Origin: an uncultured Candidatus Saccharibacteria bacterium
GTDB taxonomy: Bacteria; Patescibacteriota; Minisyncoccia; Minisyncoccales; Staskawiczbacteraceae
Reading direction: 5' to 3'
Length of the DNA stretch: 64,000 bases
NCBI GenBank assembly: GCA_964427585.1
Contig: CAYRVC010000002.1
Span: 41,513 to 105,512, forward strand
The translations under genes were made by a program, and so were the position numbers. This document shows positions 9,676 through 19,729 of this stretch, one piece after another. The notes beneath the pieces are model-generated. The model ran no database searches. It was not told the origin of the DNA and saw nothing but the letters and a program-made list of their open reading frames with translations. How positions within the stretch are numbered: the stretch's first letter is position 1; each line of letters begins with the position of its first letter.

Positions 9676-10527
9676 TTATATCTTAAATAATTGTTGGGCG
9701 TTCTGGGTTGTGATTTTAGCGATTTTTTCAAAACTGATTCCTTTTAGATTGGAGATTTTTTGAATTATGTATTTTATGAATACGGGCTCGTTGCGAACAT
9801 ATCCTTTAGGCCCCGCCTTTGCTGAAACTTCGGCGGGCAAGGGAGTTAAATACGGACAGTCGGTTTCAACTAAAATCCTGTCTGGCGGGCATTGCTTTAT
9901 GGCTTCATCCATATTGAGTTTAAAAATTATTCCGTTTAAGCCGATATAAAATCCCAATTTTAAATATTCTTCCATTTCAGCCTCTGTTCCTGTAAAACAA
10001 TGTATTACTCCTCGCAATTTTTCTGTTTTAGATTTTAAGATATCCAAGATATCCGCATGCGCCATCCGGCAGTGAACAATAACGGGCAAATTCAATTCTT
10101 CTGCCAACTCAAGCTGTTCGATGAAAACTTTTTTTTGCGAATCCTTGAACTGATGTAATTTTGCATTGGTTTTAGGCCGGTAATAATAATCCAAACCTAT
10201 TTCTCCTATTGCAACTGCTTTTTTGGATTTTGCCAACTCTTTGTATTTTTCTTTGTCAAAACCTTGTTCTTTTGTTAAAAATTCTCCTTCACTTTGGTCG
10301 GTTTTTATTTTTACAAATTCAGTGCCGGCATAAATAGGGTGAAGCCCGATAGCGGCATAAACCCCTTCTTTGTATTTTTCCGCAATCTTAACCGCCTCTT
10401 CGCTTGTTTCATATCTTGTGCCGACATTTATAAGCCAAATATTTTGGCCCAATGTTCTTTTTATAACCTCATCTGAATCTTTTTTAAAAGCTTCAAAATT
10501 AAGATGGCTGTGAGTATCTATAATCAT
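9676..10527 (-). CDS. tatD: TatD-family nuclease
   Basis: IDTHSHL, AIGEIGLDY, VHCR, GVIHCF and ETDCPYL motifs. Confidence 0.94.
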   Translation of the reverse strand: MIIDTHSHLNFEAFKKDSDEVIKRTLGQNIWLINVGTRYETSEEAVKIAEKYKEGVYAAIGLHPIYAGTEFVKIKTDQSEGEFLTKEQGFDKEKYKELAKSKKAVAIGEIGLDYYYRPKTNAKLHQFKDSQKKVFIEQLELAEELNLPVIVHCRMAHADILDILKSKTEKLRGVIHCFTGTEAEMEEYLKLGFYIGLNGIIFKLNMDEAIKQCPPDRILVETDCPYLTPLPAEVSAKAGPKGYVRNEPVFIKYIIQKISNLKGISFEKIAKITTQNAQQLFKI

Positions 10528-10606
10528 AAATAATATTTTTTAAAAAAAGATGGCAAACGCCAGGAGGGTTTGCCATATAAAACTATTCAGGCGTTTTGCC
10601 TTTTAA

Positions 10607-10783
10607 TTAATCAAAATCGAGGGGATTGTTCCCTTCTTCTTCCAGCTCTTCCCGCCGAACCGGCACCTCCTTTGGCGCATTTATCCCTACCTTTACCTCC
10701 CGGCCGCGAAGGCTTAAAATAATAATTTCAATATCATCTCTAATGATAATTTTCTCGCCGATTTTTCTGGAAAGAATCAACAT
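10607..10783 (-). CDS. csrA: Carbon storage regulator CsrA/RsmA
   Basis: [19 protein letters not shown]....[16 protein letters not shown]; AGGAGG RBS. Confidence 0.9.
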   Translation of the reverse strand: MLILSRKIGEKIIIRDDIEIIILSLRGREVKVGINAPKEVPVRREELEEEGNNPLDFD

Positions 10784-10880
10784 CTCTTTCTCCCTCCTAA
10801 AGGGAAAGGGGAACCTCACTCCCTCAAACCGTCGTGGTTTGATAACAAAGAGCTGTTATCAGTATATCAGCAAATAAAAA

Positions 10881-12308
10881 TTAGTCAATCTTCGGGAACA
10901 ATGCCGTCCTTTCTTTTGCTTTTAAGGCTTGCCTGATTTTTTCTGAGGTTTCAGGCAGGAACGGGTTTAAAAATTCCGCGGTATTATGCAAGGCATAAAA
11001 CAAATCGCTTATGGCTCCTTGATTTTTTGTTTCCCACAACTTTTCTTCGTTTATGTATTTGTCGCAATAACTTATCAAATCCCAGATTGACGCAAGGGCT
11101 TCGTTGAATTTAAAGTTTTTTAAAGCGGATTCATAATTCCTTTTTATTCGCTTAATCTTTTCTTCTGTTTTTTTTGTTGCCTTGCTTTTTTTAATTTTTA
11201 AATTTTGGGCAATGCCCAAAACCCTTGCCAGCAAGTTTCCCAGTCCTCCCGCCAAATCCGCGTTGTATCTCTGAGTGAATTTTTCATAAGTAAAATCACC
11301 GTCTTCTGCGGCCGGAATTTCCCTTAAAAGATAATACCTTACAGCGTCAGTTCCATATTTTTTTACGAGTTCAAAGGGGTCAATCACATTACCCAGTGAT
11401 TTTGACATCTTCTGTCCGTTTACCGTTATAAATCCATGAATAAAAATTGATTTTGGCAAGGGCAAACCGGCTGATAAAAGCATTGCCGGCCAAAAAATTG
11501 CATGGAATTTTACAATATCTTTGCCTATGAAATGAACGTCAGCCGGCCAATATTTTTTGAATTCTCCGCTGTTTTCATCATAGCCTATGGCAGAAATATA
11601 GTTTGGCAAGGCATCCTGCCAGACGTAAAAAGCCTGGGTTTCGTCGCCTGGCACCGGCCACCCCCAATATTTGTCTTTTAACCTTGAAAAACTGATGTCT
11701 TCCGGCCCCTGTTCTATCATATTTAAAATTTCATTCTTTTTCGTTTCAGGAATAATTTTTATACTGCCGCTTTTTATATTTTTTTTGACTTCAGGCAAAT
11801 ATTTTGAAAGTTTAAAAAAATAGTTTTCTTCTTCCACCATTTCAACTTCTTTCTGATGAATGGAGCATTTATTGCCAAGCAGTTCTTTTTTCGTTTTGAA
11901 AGCCTCGCATCCTGAACAATAAAAACCCTTATATTTCTTTTTATAAATGTCGCCGTTTTCTTTATATCTCTCCCACAGCTTATAAACGGAGGGCAAGTGC
12001 CTTTTTTCGTCCGTGGTTCTGATAAAATCGTCGTTTGATAGATTTAGAAGCTGTTTTAAATCCTTAAATTTCTGCGAAATTTCGTCTGCGTAAACTTTTG
12101 GATCTTTGCCCAAAAACTCCGCCGCTTTCAGTGTTTTTTGGCCGTGCTCGTCTGTGCCCGTAAGAAAAAAAACATCAAAACCTAAAAGCCTATAATATCT
12201 CGCGATAACATCCGCCTGTATAATTTCCAGGGCAAAACCAATATGAGGCAGCGCATTTGTGTAAGGAATACTGGTGGTGATATAGAATTTTTTCTTTTTA
12301 TCTGCCAT
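10881..12308 (-). CDS. metG: Methionine--tRNA ligase (short form)
   Basis: YITTSIPYTN..PHIG, FIGKDI..FH, KMSKSLGN. Confidence 0.96.
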   Translation of the reverse strand: MADKKKKFYITTSIPYTNALPHIGFALEIIQADVIARYYRLLGFDVFFLTGTDEHGQKTLKAAEFLGKDPKVYADEISQKFKDLKQLLNLSNDDFIRTTDEKRHLPSVYKLWERYKENGDIYKKKYKGFYCSGCEAFKTKKELLGNKCSIHQKEVEMVEEENYFFKLSKYLPEVKKNIKSGSIKIIPETKKNEILNMIEQGPEDISFSRLKDKYWGWPVPGDETQAFYVWQDALPNYISAIGYDENSGEFKKYWPADVHFIGKDIVKFHAIFWPAMLLSAGLPLPKSIFIHGFITVNGQKMSKSLGNVIDPFELVKKYGTDAVRYYLLREIPAAEDGDFTYEKFTQRYNADLAGGLGNLLARVLGIAQNLKIKKSKATKKTEEKIKRIKRNYESALKNFKFNEALASIWDLISYCDKYINEEKLWETKNQGAISDLFYALHNTAEFLNPFLPETSEKIRQALKAKERTALFPKID

Positions 12309-12359
12309 AATGTATAATTGATATTTTTTTAATTCTATCATAAATTTTAGCAATTTTCC

Positions 12360-12845
12360 ATGATTTTAACTCCTCATTTGGTTTTCGGGGCGGCTGTCGG
12401 GTCTTTGGCAAAAAATCCCTTTTTGGCTGTTGCTTTGGCTTTTTTAAGCCACTATGTTCTGGATATGATCCCCCACGCAGACTATTCAATCAATAATATC
12501 AGGGCAAAACAGTGGCAAAAAATTATGCCGGACTGCCTGAAAGTATTTGCCGACTTTTCTTTGGGGATTACGCTGATTTTCATTTTTTCTGGCAACCAGC
12601 CTATTGTTTATATTTCAGCCTTTTTTTCCATTTTAAGCGACGGGTTTGATTTATTAAGCCTATTTTTTAAAGCCGGGATTCTAACCTGGCACGGCAAAAT
12701 ACACAAAGAAAAAGTTCACTCTTTAAGCAGTGAAAATATGGCAAAAATTGGCAAGAGTAATATAAAAATTTCCCTTTTTTGGAGAATTTTAAGCCAAATA
12801 GCAATAATTGTTATTTCCGTCGCCATAATGGCAACGCCGGCATGA
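12360..12845 (+). CDS. Membrane protein, putative metal-dependent hydrolase
   Basis: MILTPH..GAA and SHYVLDMIPH motifs; hydrophobic helices. Confidence 0.6.
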   Translation: MILTPHLVFGAAVGSLAKNPFLAVALAFLSHYVLDMIPHADYSINNIRAKQWQKIMPDCLKVFADFSLGITLIFIFSGNQPIVYISAFFSILSDGFDLLSLFFKAGILTWHGKIHKEKVHSLSSENMAKIGKSNIKISLFWRILSQIAIIVISVAIMATPA

Positions 12846-12902
12846 AACATAAAATAAAACTCCGGCTTTTTAAAGCCGGAATTTTTTATAAAAAAATACT
12901 TG

Positions 12903-13934
12903 CTATTCAGTTTGGACTGCTTCTTCCCTTCTTTTCTCCAGATATTCTTTAAGGAATTCATAAACAATGGCGAAAACCGGCACGGCAAAAATCGTTCCCA
13001 AAAAACCCAACAGCTGAGAGCCCATCAGCAAAGCGATTAAAACCAGGGCCGGAGGAAGATTGATCATTTTTTTCATCAGCACGGGCGTCAAAAGATTGTT
13101 ATCAATAACCTGAATAGCGATTATGGAAACAAAAACATAAAACAGCACTATAAAAGAGTTTGAAGAAACAGCCACGAACACAACCAATAAAATGCTTGTT
13201 ACCAAAGGCCCTATATACGGCACAAAATTCAAAATGCCCGACAGCAAAGCCAGCATAAAGGCGTATTTTACGTCAAACATATAAAGAATAATGAAAGAAG
13301 ACACTCCCACAAACAAGCAAGAGAGCAATCTGGCTCCGAACCATCCGGCAACTTTTCTCTGAGACTTTTCAAAAAGGGCAATTATATATTCTTCGTATTT
13401 TTTGGGGGTCAGGATAATCAAAACCCTTTCAGGTCCCTTTTCTTCCAAGGACAAGAAGAAAGCAAGCGTTAATATGAAAATAGCCGAGGAAACTCCGCCA
13501 AAAAAGGCAAGCAAGGCTGAAATAATTCCCGTAGAACTCCGTTCCAAACCTTTTGTAAGGGCCTGGGTCAGATCGGTAAAAACATACTCTGTGTCAACGC
13601 CGAACTGCCGCAAAAGCGGGTCGACTTTTTCAAAATAATCAGGAAGGTTTTGGGAAAACTGTTTTAGCTCAAAGATAAAAATAGGAGCTGTAATATATAT
13701 CAAAAGGCCCAAAAAACCGAAAATAGACAGATAAATCAGCATTATAGCCAATAGTTTTGGCAGGCGCATCCATCTTAAAAAATTGATTGCCGGCTCCAGC
13801 AGAACTGAAATGATAAGAGCGAAAAAGAACCAAATGGCAACGTCTTTTGTCAGATAAATTACGTAAAAAACAAAAGCGGCTATAAAAACTTTTATTATAG
13901 CCTCCACCGAGATATTCAATGAATGTTCGCTCAT
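12903..13934 (-). CDS. AI-2E family transporter
   Basis: LNFVPYIGP, Q.IDNNLLTP and G.LG..FAVP motifs. Confidence 0.9.
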   Translation of the reverse strand: MSEHSLNISVEAIIKVFIAAFVFYVIYLTKDVAIWFFFALIISVLLEPAINFLRWMRLPKLLAIMLIYLSIFGFLGLLIYITAPIFIFELKQFSQNLPDYFEKVDPLLRQFGVDTEYVFTDLTQALTKGLERSSTGIISALLAFFGGVSSAIFILTLAFFLSLEEKGPERVLIILTPKKYEEYIIALFEKSQRKVAGWFGARLLSCLFVGVSSFIILYMFDVKYAFMLALLSGILNFVPYIGPLVTSILLVVFVAVSSNSFIVLFYVFVSIIAIQVIDNNLLTPVLMKKMINLPPALVLIALLMGSQLLGFLGTIFAVPVFAIVYEFLKEYLEKRREEAVQTE

Positions 13935-13937
13935 ACC

Positions 13938-15209
13938 TTATATTTTTAGTATTTGTTCAAACTTGTTTTTTTCCTTTTCTTCGAAGGGCCCGATAGCGAC
14001 AAGGTTTAATTTTTCGGGAACGAATATTTCCTGCGCCACTTTCTTTATATCATTTGCAGAAATTTGGTCAATTATTTTGAATTTTTCCTCCGGCGTTAAA
14101 ATAACGCCTTCCAGCAGATCCTGCCATGCGTAAAAATCAGCCTGGTTGTCCGACGACTCCAAAGACAAAGACAATGTGCCTTTCAGATAATCTTTTGCTT
14201 TCTGCAGTTCATCTCCGGAAATTTTTTTCTCTTTTAGCAGTTTGTACTCCCTTAAAGTCAAATTAACCGCCTTTTCCAAATTTTTGTGGTCAACCCCGGC
14301 AGAAGTGACAAGGTATCCAGTATCGGTAAAGCTGTTGGCTGAAGTATGGATGTAATAAGTCAGGCCGTTCTTTTCCCTTACATTGATAAAAAGCCTGGAG
14401 CTCATGTTTCCCCCCAGTATTATGGACAAAAGAATAAGGGCGTATTTTTGGGGATGGAAAATATCATATGCCCTTACCCCAAGGCAAAAATGCGTCTGGT
14501 CTGTTTTTTTATGGTAAAGCAGGGATTCGGGCTTATTCTGCTCCTCCCTTACTTTAATCTTCTGCCTGATTTTGTTTTTTAAAATATTTTTAAAATATTT
14601 TTCTATTTTAGGCTTAATGTCCTTTTCATCAATATCGCCCGCAACGCACACAACGGTATTTTCAGACGAATATTGGTTTTTATAATAATCCTTTATCTTC
14701 TGCCTGTTGAATTTCAATATGTTTTCCTTTTCGCCTATTACTTTCCAGCCGGCCGGCTGGTCTTTATACAAAAGCTCTTCCCAAAGGTCTCCGATGTAAG
14801 AGGTGGGAGTGTCTAAATACATGTTTAATTCTTCGATAACCACTCCTTTTTCCTTTTCTATTTCTTTCTCTGGAAATTTGGAATTTAAAAAAATATCGGA
14901 AATCCAATCCAAAGATACATCCAAGTGGCTTTTGCCCGTTTTCGCCCAAAATCCGGTAACTTCTTTTGAAGTAAAAGCGTTATATACTCCCCCGACCCTG
15001 TCGAGAACTTCGGCAATCTTCAAGGTGCTTTTTCTTTTTGCCGTGCCCTTAAAAAACATGTGCTCTAAAAAATGGGATATGCCGTTTATTTCTTTTGTTT
15101 CGTATTTAGACCCGGTCCCCACCAAAATCAAAACCGTGTAGCTTTTTGAATTCTTTAAGGGAACCGTAATCAGCCTCAAGCCGTTTTTAAAAGTAGTTTT
15201 TTTATACAT
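13938..15209 (-). CDS. M16 family zinc peptidase
   Basis: GISHFLEHMFFKGT, NAFTS, SSRLF..VREK.GL.Y. Confidence 0.94.
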   Translation of the reverse strand: MYKKTTFKNGLRLITVPLKNSKSYTVLILVGTGSKYETKEINGISHFLEHMFFKGTAKRKSTLKIAEVLDRVGGVYNAFTSKEVTGFWAKTGKSHLDVSLDWISDIFLNSKFPEKEIEKEKGVVIEELNMYLDTPTSYIGDLWEELLYKDQPAGWKVIGEKENILKFNRQKIKDYYKNQYSSENTVVCVAGDIDEKDIKPKIEKYFKNILKNKIRQKIKVREEQNKPESLLYHKKTDQTHFCLGVRAYDIFHPQKYALILLSIILGGNMSSRLFINVREKNGLTYYIHTSANSFTDTGYLVTSAGVDHKNLEKAVNLTLREYKLLKEKKISGDELQKAKDYLKGTLSLSLESSDNQADFYAWQDLLEGVILTPEEKFKIIDQISANDIKKVAQEIFVPEKLNLVAIGPFEEKEKNKFEQILKI

Positions 15210-15239
15210 AGCTGTTTTCTAATAATAAACTATTTTTCA

Positions 15240-16178
15240 TTAAAATAACATCACTGCTGTCGCAATAACCAAAATCCAGTAAATAAACCCGAGCGTTCTT
15301 AAATATTTTATTTCTGTTTTTATTACTCCTGAAACTTTCAAATAAATTGCCGCTAAAGGAGGAGCGGCAAAAAAAATCAAAGGCAGAAATTTTACCGGCA
15401 GGCTCCCTAAAAACCCGATATTAAAAACAGAATTCAGGCACATTAAAATAAAAGAAAAAACAGCTAAAACCCAGAAAAAAACAGACAATAAAATTACGGT
15501 TCTTTTTGAAAGAGATGTGATGGAATTTTTTATGTTTGCTTTTTTAAAATATGCCCTGTCCGCCTCTTTATAAAGCAGGTAGCCGGCCGCTTTGGCTACA
15601 ACCAATCCTGATATGGCCAAAAACGGCGGGAAAGATTCAGAAAAGATAAACCAGGCTGCGGCAAACCTGAAAAAATAAGTGAAAACAGCTCCGAATAAAA
15701 CATCCAGCAGGGGCTTTTCTTTAAACCTGGTGCCTTTCATAGAATAAAAAAAACCGGACAAAAATAAAAGCGACAAAGCGGAAAAAAAATAAGCGTTTAT
15801 AAAAAGCCCTGCCGCAAAACCCGCCAAAGCCAGAACGAAAAAGATATTGGTCGAAGTTTTTTGGCCGAAATATTCAACGGCCTTTGCGTAATATTCTTTG
15901 TTTTTGTTTTCTTTGTCTATCTCCTTATCATAGAAACTGTTTTGAAGATACATTGCCGAAGAAACAAAAGAAAGGGAAACTATTCCCAAAACAGCGGGCC
16001 AAAGATATTTCCCGGCTTCAGTTCCGGATAAATAAAAAGCCAGCAAAACCAAAGCAATATTTTTAATATTGCTCAACGGCCTTGCCAGATTTGAAAAATT
16101 TGTTAAAAATTCATTATTTTTCAAGGCAGTATATTGCGCGTTTAACGCCAAAGGGAGAATTATGGTATTTGGCGTCAA
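15240..16178 (-). CDS. UbiA-family prenyltransferase (start uncertain)
   Basis: Y..N..YD.EID motif, YS....RFK.KP..DV; multi-TM. Confidence 0.75.
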   Translation of the reverse strand: MTPNTIILPLALNAQYTALKNNEFLTNFSNLARPLSNIKNIALVLLAFYLSGTEAGKYLWPAVLGIVSLSFVSSAMYLQNSFYDKEIDKENKNKEYYAKAVEYFGQKTSTNIFFVLALAGFAAGLFINAYFFSALSLLFLSGFFYSMKGTRFKEKPLLDVLFGAVFTYFFRFAAAWFIFSESFPPFLAISGLVVAKAAGYLLYKEADRAYFKKANIKNSITSLSKRTVILLSVFFWVLAVFSFILMCLNSVFNIGFLGSLPVKFLPLIFFAAPPLAAIYLKVSGVIKTEIKYLRTLGFIYWILVIATAVMLF

Positions 16179-16689
16179 GCAGCTTTAAATTCATTCCATC
16201 AAATATTTCTTTCCATTCCCTGTCTTTTTTATTTGTGTGCGCCAAGCTAAATTTCAAATTGAGCAGTTTATCAATAAAATAAGCCAGGTATTTATTAAAC
16301 ATATTGGTATAAATATCTTCTATGACGATAATTTTTTTCGATGTTCTTTTGGCCTCTTTTAAAATTTTTTCGGGAAAGGGAGTATGATGGAGAACGGTTA
16401 AAACCAAGGAGGCGGCAAACTCGTCTTTTTTAAACGGCATTTTGCTTCCGTTATAAATTATCGGTTTTATCTTTTTAGCAAAGCTTAAATCCTCAACATC
16501 AATCGGCGTTATGCTGCAACCCTGCCTTTCAAGCAACTCTGAAACCATGCATGAACCTGCCCCAATGTCCAAAATTCTGCCGTTTTTATCCAGGTACGGC
16601 TTTATTGTTTCAATCCTGTCTTCAGCCCCCTTCTTTTTTATTTTCCGGATTATCCCCTTAAAAAATTTATTTTTCTGAAAGTAATTCAT
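16114..16689 (-). CDS. Class I SAM-dependent methyltransferase
   Basis: ILDIGAGS, VLHH, LKEAKR. Confidence 0.88.
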   Translation of the reverse strand: MNYFQKNKFFKGIIRKIKKKGAEDRIETIKPYLDKNGRILDIGAGSCMVSELLERQGCSITPIDVEDLSFAKKIKPIIYNGSKMPFKKDEFAASLVLTVLHHTPFPEKILKEAKRTSKKIIVIEDIYTNMFNKYLAYFIDKLLNLKFSLAHTNKKDREWKEIFDGMNLKLLDAKYHNSPFGVKRAIYCLEK

Positions 16690-17968
16690 TCAATAACCTT
16701 GTTAATTCGTTTATTTTTACTCTTTCTTGCTTCATTGTGTCGCGGTTCCTGATTGTTACATCATTATTTTTTAAAGAGTCGAAGTCGATCGTAATACAGA
16801 AAGGCGTGCCTAATTCGTCTTGACTGTAATATCGTTTTCCGATGTTTCCCCTGTCGTCGAACGCTGTGACAAAATTTTTTTTCAGCATATCGTAAACTTC
16901 TTTGGCTTTTTTAACCAATTCCGGTTTATTTCTTAATAATGGAAAAACAGCAACCTTATACGGCGCCAAGCCGGGCTTTAATTTTAAAACAATCCTGTCT
17001 TTTTCTTCTGTGTAGGCATCACATAAAACAGCTAAAACCGACCTGTCTAATCCCCAAGTCGGCTCTATAACATGGGGGTAAAATTTTTCTTTTGACTCTG
17101 CGTCTTCATACGGCGGCTCTGTGAAATGATTTTTCAAGTCAAAATCAGTTCTGTAGGCCAAACCATAAAGCTCGTCCCTGCCAAACGGAAAATCATATTC
17201 GAAATCTATGGTCTTTTTTGAATAATGCGCCCTTTTACTATCTGGCACATTCAATTCATGGATATTTTCTTTATCTAATCCAATTTCATCTGTTATCCAT
17301 AACCACATTTCTTTTTTCCACTCTTCAAAACTTTTTTCCCAATTTTCTTTTTTTACAAAATATTCTATCTCCATTTGTTCAAACTCTCTTGTGCGGAAAA
17401 TAAAGTTTCCCGGGGTAATTTCGTTTCTGAAGGCCTTTCCTGTTTGGGCAATTCCAAAAGGAATTTTTTTTCTTGAGGTTTCCAAAACATTCTTAAAATC
17501 CACAAACATTGCCTGCGCCGTTTCCGGCCTGAAATAAACAGTATTTTCAGCGCTTTCAACCGGTCCCAAAAAAGTTTTCAGCATTAAATTAAATTGTTTT
17601 GACGCTGTCAATTCTCCTCCGCAATCGGGACACTTATTTTTTTCCAAATGATCTTTCCTGAATCTGTGATGGCATTTTTTACATTCAACCAGCGGATCGT
17701 TGAAGGTTTCCAAATGGCCTGAATTTTCCCATACTTTTGTATTCATTATTAAAGCCGCGTCTATACCGACCATGTCGTCTCTCTCGTGGACAAAATGCTT
17801 CCACCAAAGATTTTTTATATTATTTTTCAATTCAACTCCCAGGGGTCCGTAATCAAACGAATTTGCCAAGCCGCCGTATATTTCAGACCCCGGAAAAACA
17901 AAACCTCTTCTTTTGCACAAGGATATGATTTTATTCATTAACTCGGCGTTATTTTCCTCTTTTTTCAT
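16667..17968 (-). CDS. glyQS: Glycine--tRNA ligase (alpha2 type)
   Basis: RRGFVFPGSEIYGG, RPETAQ, FRNEITP, FRTREFEQME, HVIEP. Confidence 0.96.
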   Translation of the reverse strand: MKKEENNAELMNKIISLCKRRGFVFPGSEIYGGLANSFDYGPLGVELKNNIKNLWWKHFVHERDDMVGIDAALIMNTKVWENSGHLETFNDPLVECKKCHHRFRKDHLEKNKCPDCGGELTASKQFNLMLKTFLGPVESAENTVYFRPETAQAMFVDFKNVLETSRKKIPFGIAQTGKAFRNEITPGNFIFRTREFEQMEIEYFVKKENWEKSFEEWKKEMWLWITDEIGLDKENIHELNVPDSKRAHYSKKTIDFEYDFPFGRDELYGLAYRTDFDLKNHFTEPPYEDAESKEKFYPHVIEPTWGLDRSVLAVLCDAYTEEKDRIVLKLKPGLAPYKVAVFPLLRNKPELVKKAKEVYDMLKKNFVTAFDDRGNIGKRYYSQDELGTPFCITIDFDSLKNNDVTIRNRDTMKQERVKINELTRLLNELLSEK

Positions 17969-17993
17969 AATAAAATATTTTATGTTTTTATTT

Positions 17994-18029
17994 AGTGCGG
18001 TTTTTTCACTCGAGTGAAAAAACCGCACT
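17994..18029. terminator. Perfect 36-bp palindrome, probable terminator
   Basis: AGTGCGGTTTTTTCACTC/GAGTGAAAAAACCGCACT. Confidence 0.65.
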
Positions 18030-18064
18030 TTTTATGTTTTTTTAAGGTCTTTATATTCCTGGTT

Positions 18065-19720
18065 TTATCGCACCGTTCCGCCAAAAGCGGAGTCGTCTGG
18101 AAGGCTGGTGTTTATTAATGGCCCCTCTCCTGTAATTACGGATCCCGTAAACTGGTCTTCGCCCGTGGCTAAAACATCCCCTATAATTTGAGCTGAAAAT
18201 CCTTTCTGGGAAAACGAGGGCACTATTGAAACCTGAAAAGATATTGAAGGCGAAGCGCTGGAAATTCCGGCTCCGGCCGCAATATCGCCGGCCGACCATA
18301 ATATTTCCCTAGTGGCGCTGTCAAAAGAAAAATTGGAAAATTCGCTTTCCGGAAAAACCTTTCCCGTCAATGTCGCGTTTTCCGGTAAAAATGCCCTCGC
18401 CTTCGCGTTTTTGACATCGTTAAAATAATTTTTGATGTTCCAGGTTATGGTATAAGAGGTGGGTTGGCCGGCCTCTGGAGGAGTGGGGCCCGAATTTACG
18501 ATCGGAGAATTCTGATAATATCCTTTTTGGGAAATCTCCAGTTTTGAATTGACTTTGGTTAAAAATTCCTGGCTGATCTGGGATACGCTTATATTGCTTT
18601 TTATCGACGTGCTGTTTTTTTCAGAATAAGAAGGCGTCCAGTCGTCTTTAAGTTTTAAATCAAATTCCACTTTTTTTTCTTCCTGCACGTCCAGCCGCCT
18701 TAAAATGGAAACTTGCTTTGGGTCAAAAACGATGAGACGGCTGTCCGGCCTGATCTGGGCGTAGCTCGCCCTTATCGATGAAAAATCAACGGCAGAACCT
18801 TCAATTTTAGCCATTAAAAAAAGGTTTTCAAACGGAGTGGGGCCGATGTTCCGGAAAAAAATCTCGTAATGGAGCCTTTCTCCCGGGCTGGCCGTATAAT
18901 TCAACGACCCGTTGATAATCTGCGATATGAAGAGCTGGGGCTCTATAACCTCCACTTCTTTTTCCGCCTCTTTTATCACAATGAATTCGTCGTCAAGCCA
19001 TACGCCGATTTTCGCCTTAAAATTCAAACGGCTTCTCGTTTCGCCGATGATTTTTCCTTTTACCACTATTCTTCCGCCTTCCGCTTTGTTCAATTTTTGG
19101 ATTTTCCATTCCGATTTGTCCAGAGAGGGCGGATTAGATTCCTCAAAATCAAAGCCGTTCACCGCCTCTATTTTAACGCTTAAATTTTCAAATGGATAAT
19201 CCACGTTGGAAAAATAATTAACCGAATACTGGATTTCCTTACCCTTTTCCGCCTTGGAGGGCAGGTCAAAATCCAAAGTTATCGGCGTGGTTTCAATTTT
19301 AGCGGTGAAAGTGGTGTCTGTTTCATAGCGCGCTGAAAGATTTTTGGGTATATATGATATTGATGCTTTGGCCACTTTCAAGTCGCCTTCCTTTCCTAAA
19401 AGCCGGCCCTTGAACTTCAAAAATTCCTCGTCGCCAGGATATATGTCCTTCAGCTCTTGGGTTATCCTTGTTTTGCCGCCTTCAGTCAAAGAGCTTTCCG
19501 GAAATTCAAAAACAAGCCTTGGCTGTTCCAAAACAAAATTTCCGTTGTTTTTATATTTGACAGTATATTCGATTTCTTCGCCTGTTTTGGCAAGGTCTTT
19601 GCTTAAAATATCTATTTTTAAAACCTCTTTTGAAAAAACCCTTTCCCTGTAGAACCAAAAGCCCAATCCTCCGGCAATGATGATTAAAAAAAGCATTAGA
19701 TAAACAATTATTTTATTCAT
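18065..19720 (-). CDS. Membrane-anchored extracellular Ig-like (DUF11-like) repeat protein
   Basis: N-terminal TM; repeated GE.I.Y.V.Y.N beta-sandwich modules. Confidence 0.65.
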   Translation of the reverse strand: MNKIIVYLMLFLIIIAGGLGFWFYRERVFSKEVLKIDILSKDLAKTGEEIEYTVKYKNNGNFVLEQPRLVFEFPESSLTEGGKTRITQELKDIYPGDEEFLKFKGRLLGKEGDLKVAKASISYIPKNLSARYETDTTFTAKIETTPITLDFDLPSKAEKGKEIQYSVNYFSNVDYPFENLSVKIEAVNGFDFEESNPPSLDKSEWKIQKLNKAEGGRIVVKGKIIGETRSRLNFKAKIGVWLDDEFIVIKEAEKEVEVIEPQLFISQIINGSLNYTASPGERLHYEIFFRNIGPTPFENLFLMAKIEGSAVDFSSIRASYAQIRPDSRLIVFDPKQVSILRRLDVQEEKKVEFDLKLKDDWTPSYSEKNSTSIKSNISVSQISQEFLTKVNSKLEISQKGYYQNSPIVNSGPTPPEAGQPTSYTITWNIKNYFNDVKNAKARAFLPENATLTGKVFPESEFSNFSFDSATREILWSAGDIAAGAGISSASPSISFQVSIVPSFSQKGFSAQIIGDVLATGEDQFTGSVITGEGPLINTSLPDDSAFGGTVR

Positions 19721-19729
19721 AGAGCGTTT

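Noticed and set aside
10549-10577. Hairpin with a GGA loop as a CsrA-sequestering sRNA
   Set aside because: Only one GGA, on the strand opposite csrA; better explained as the csrA terminator.
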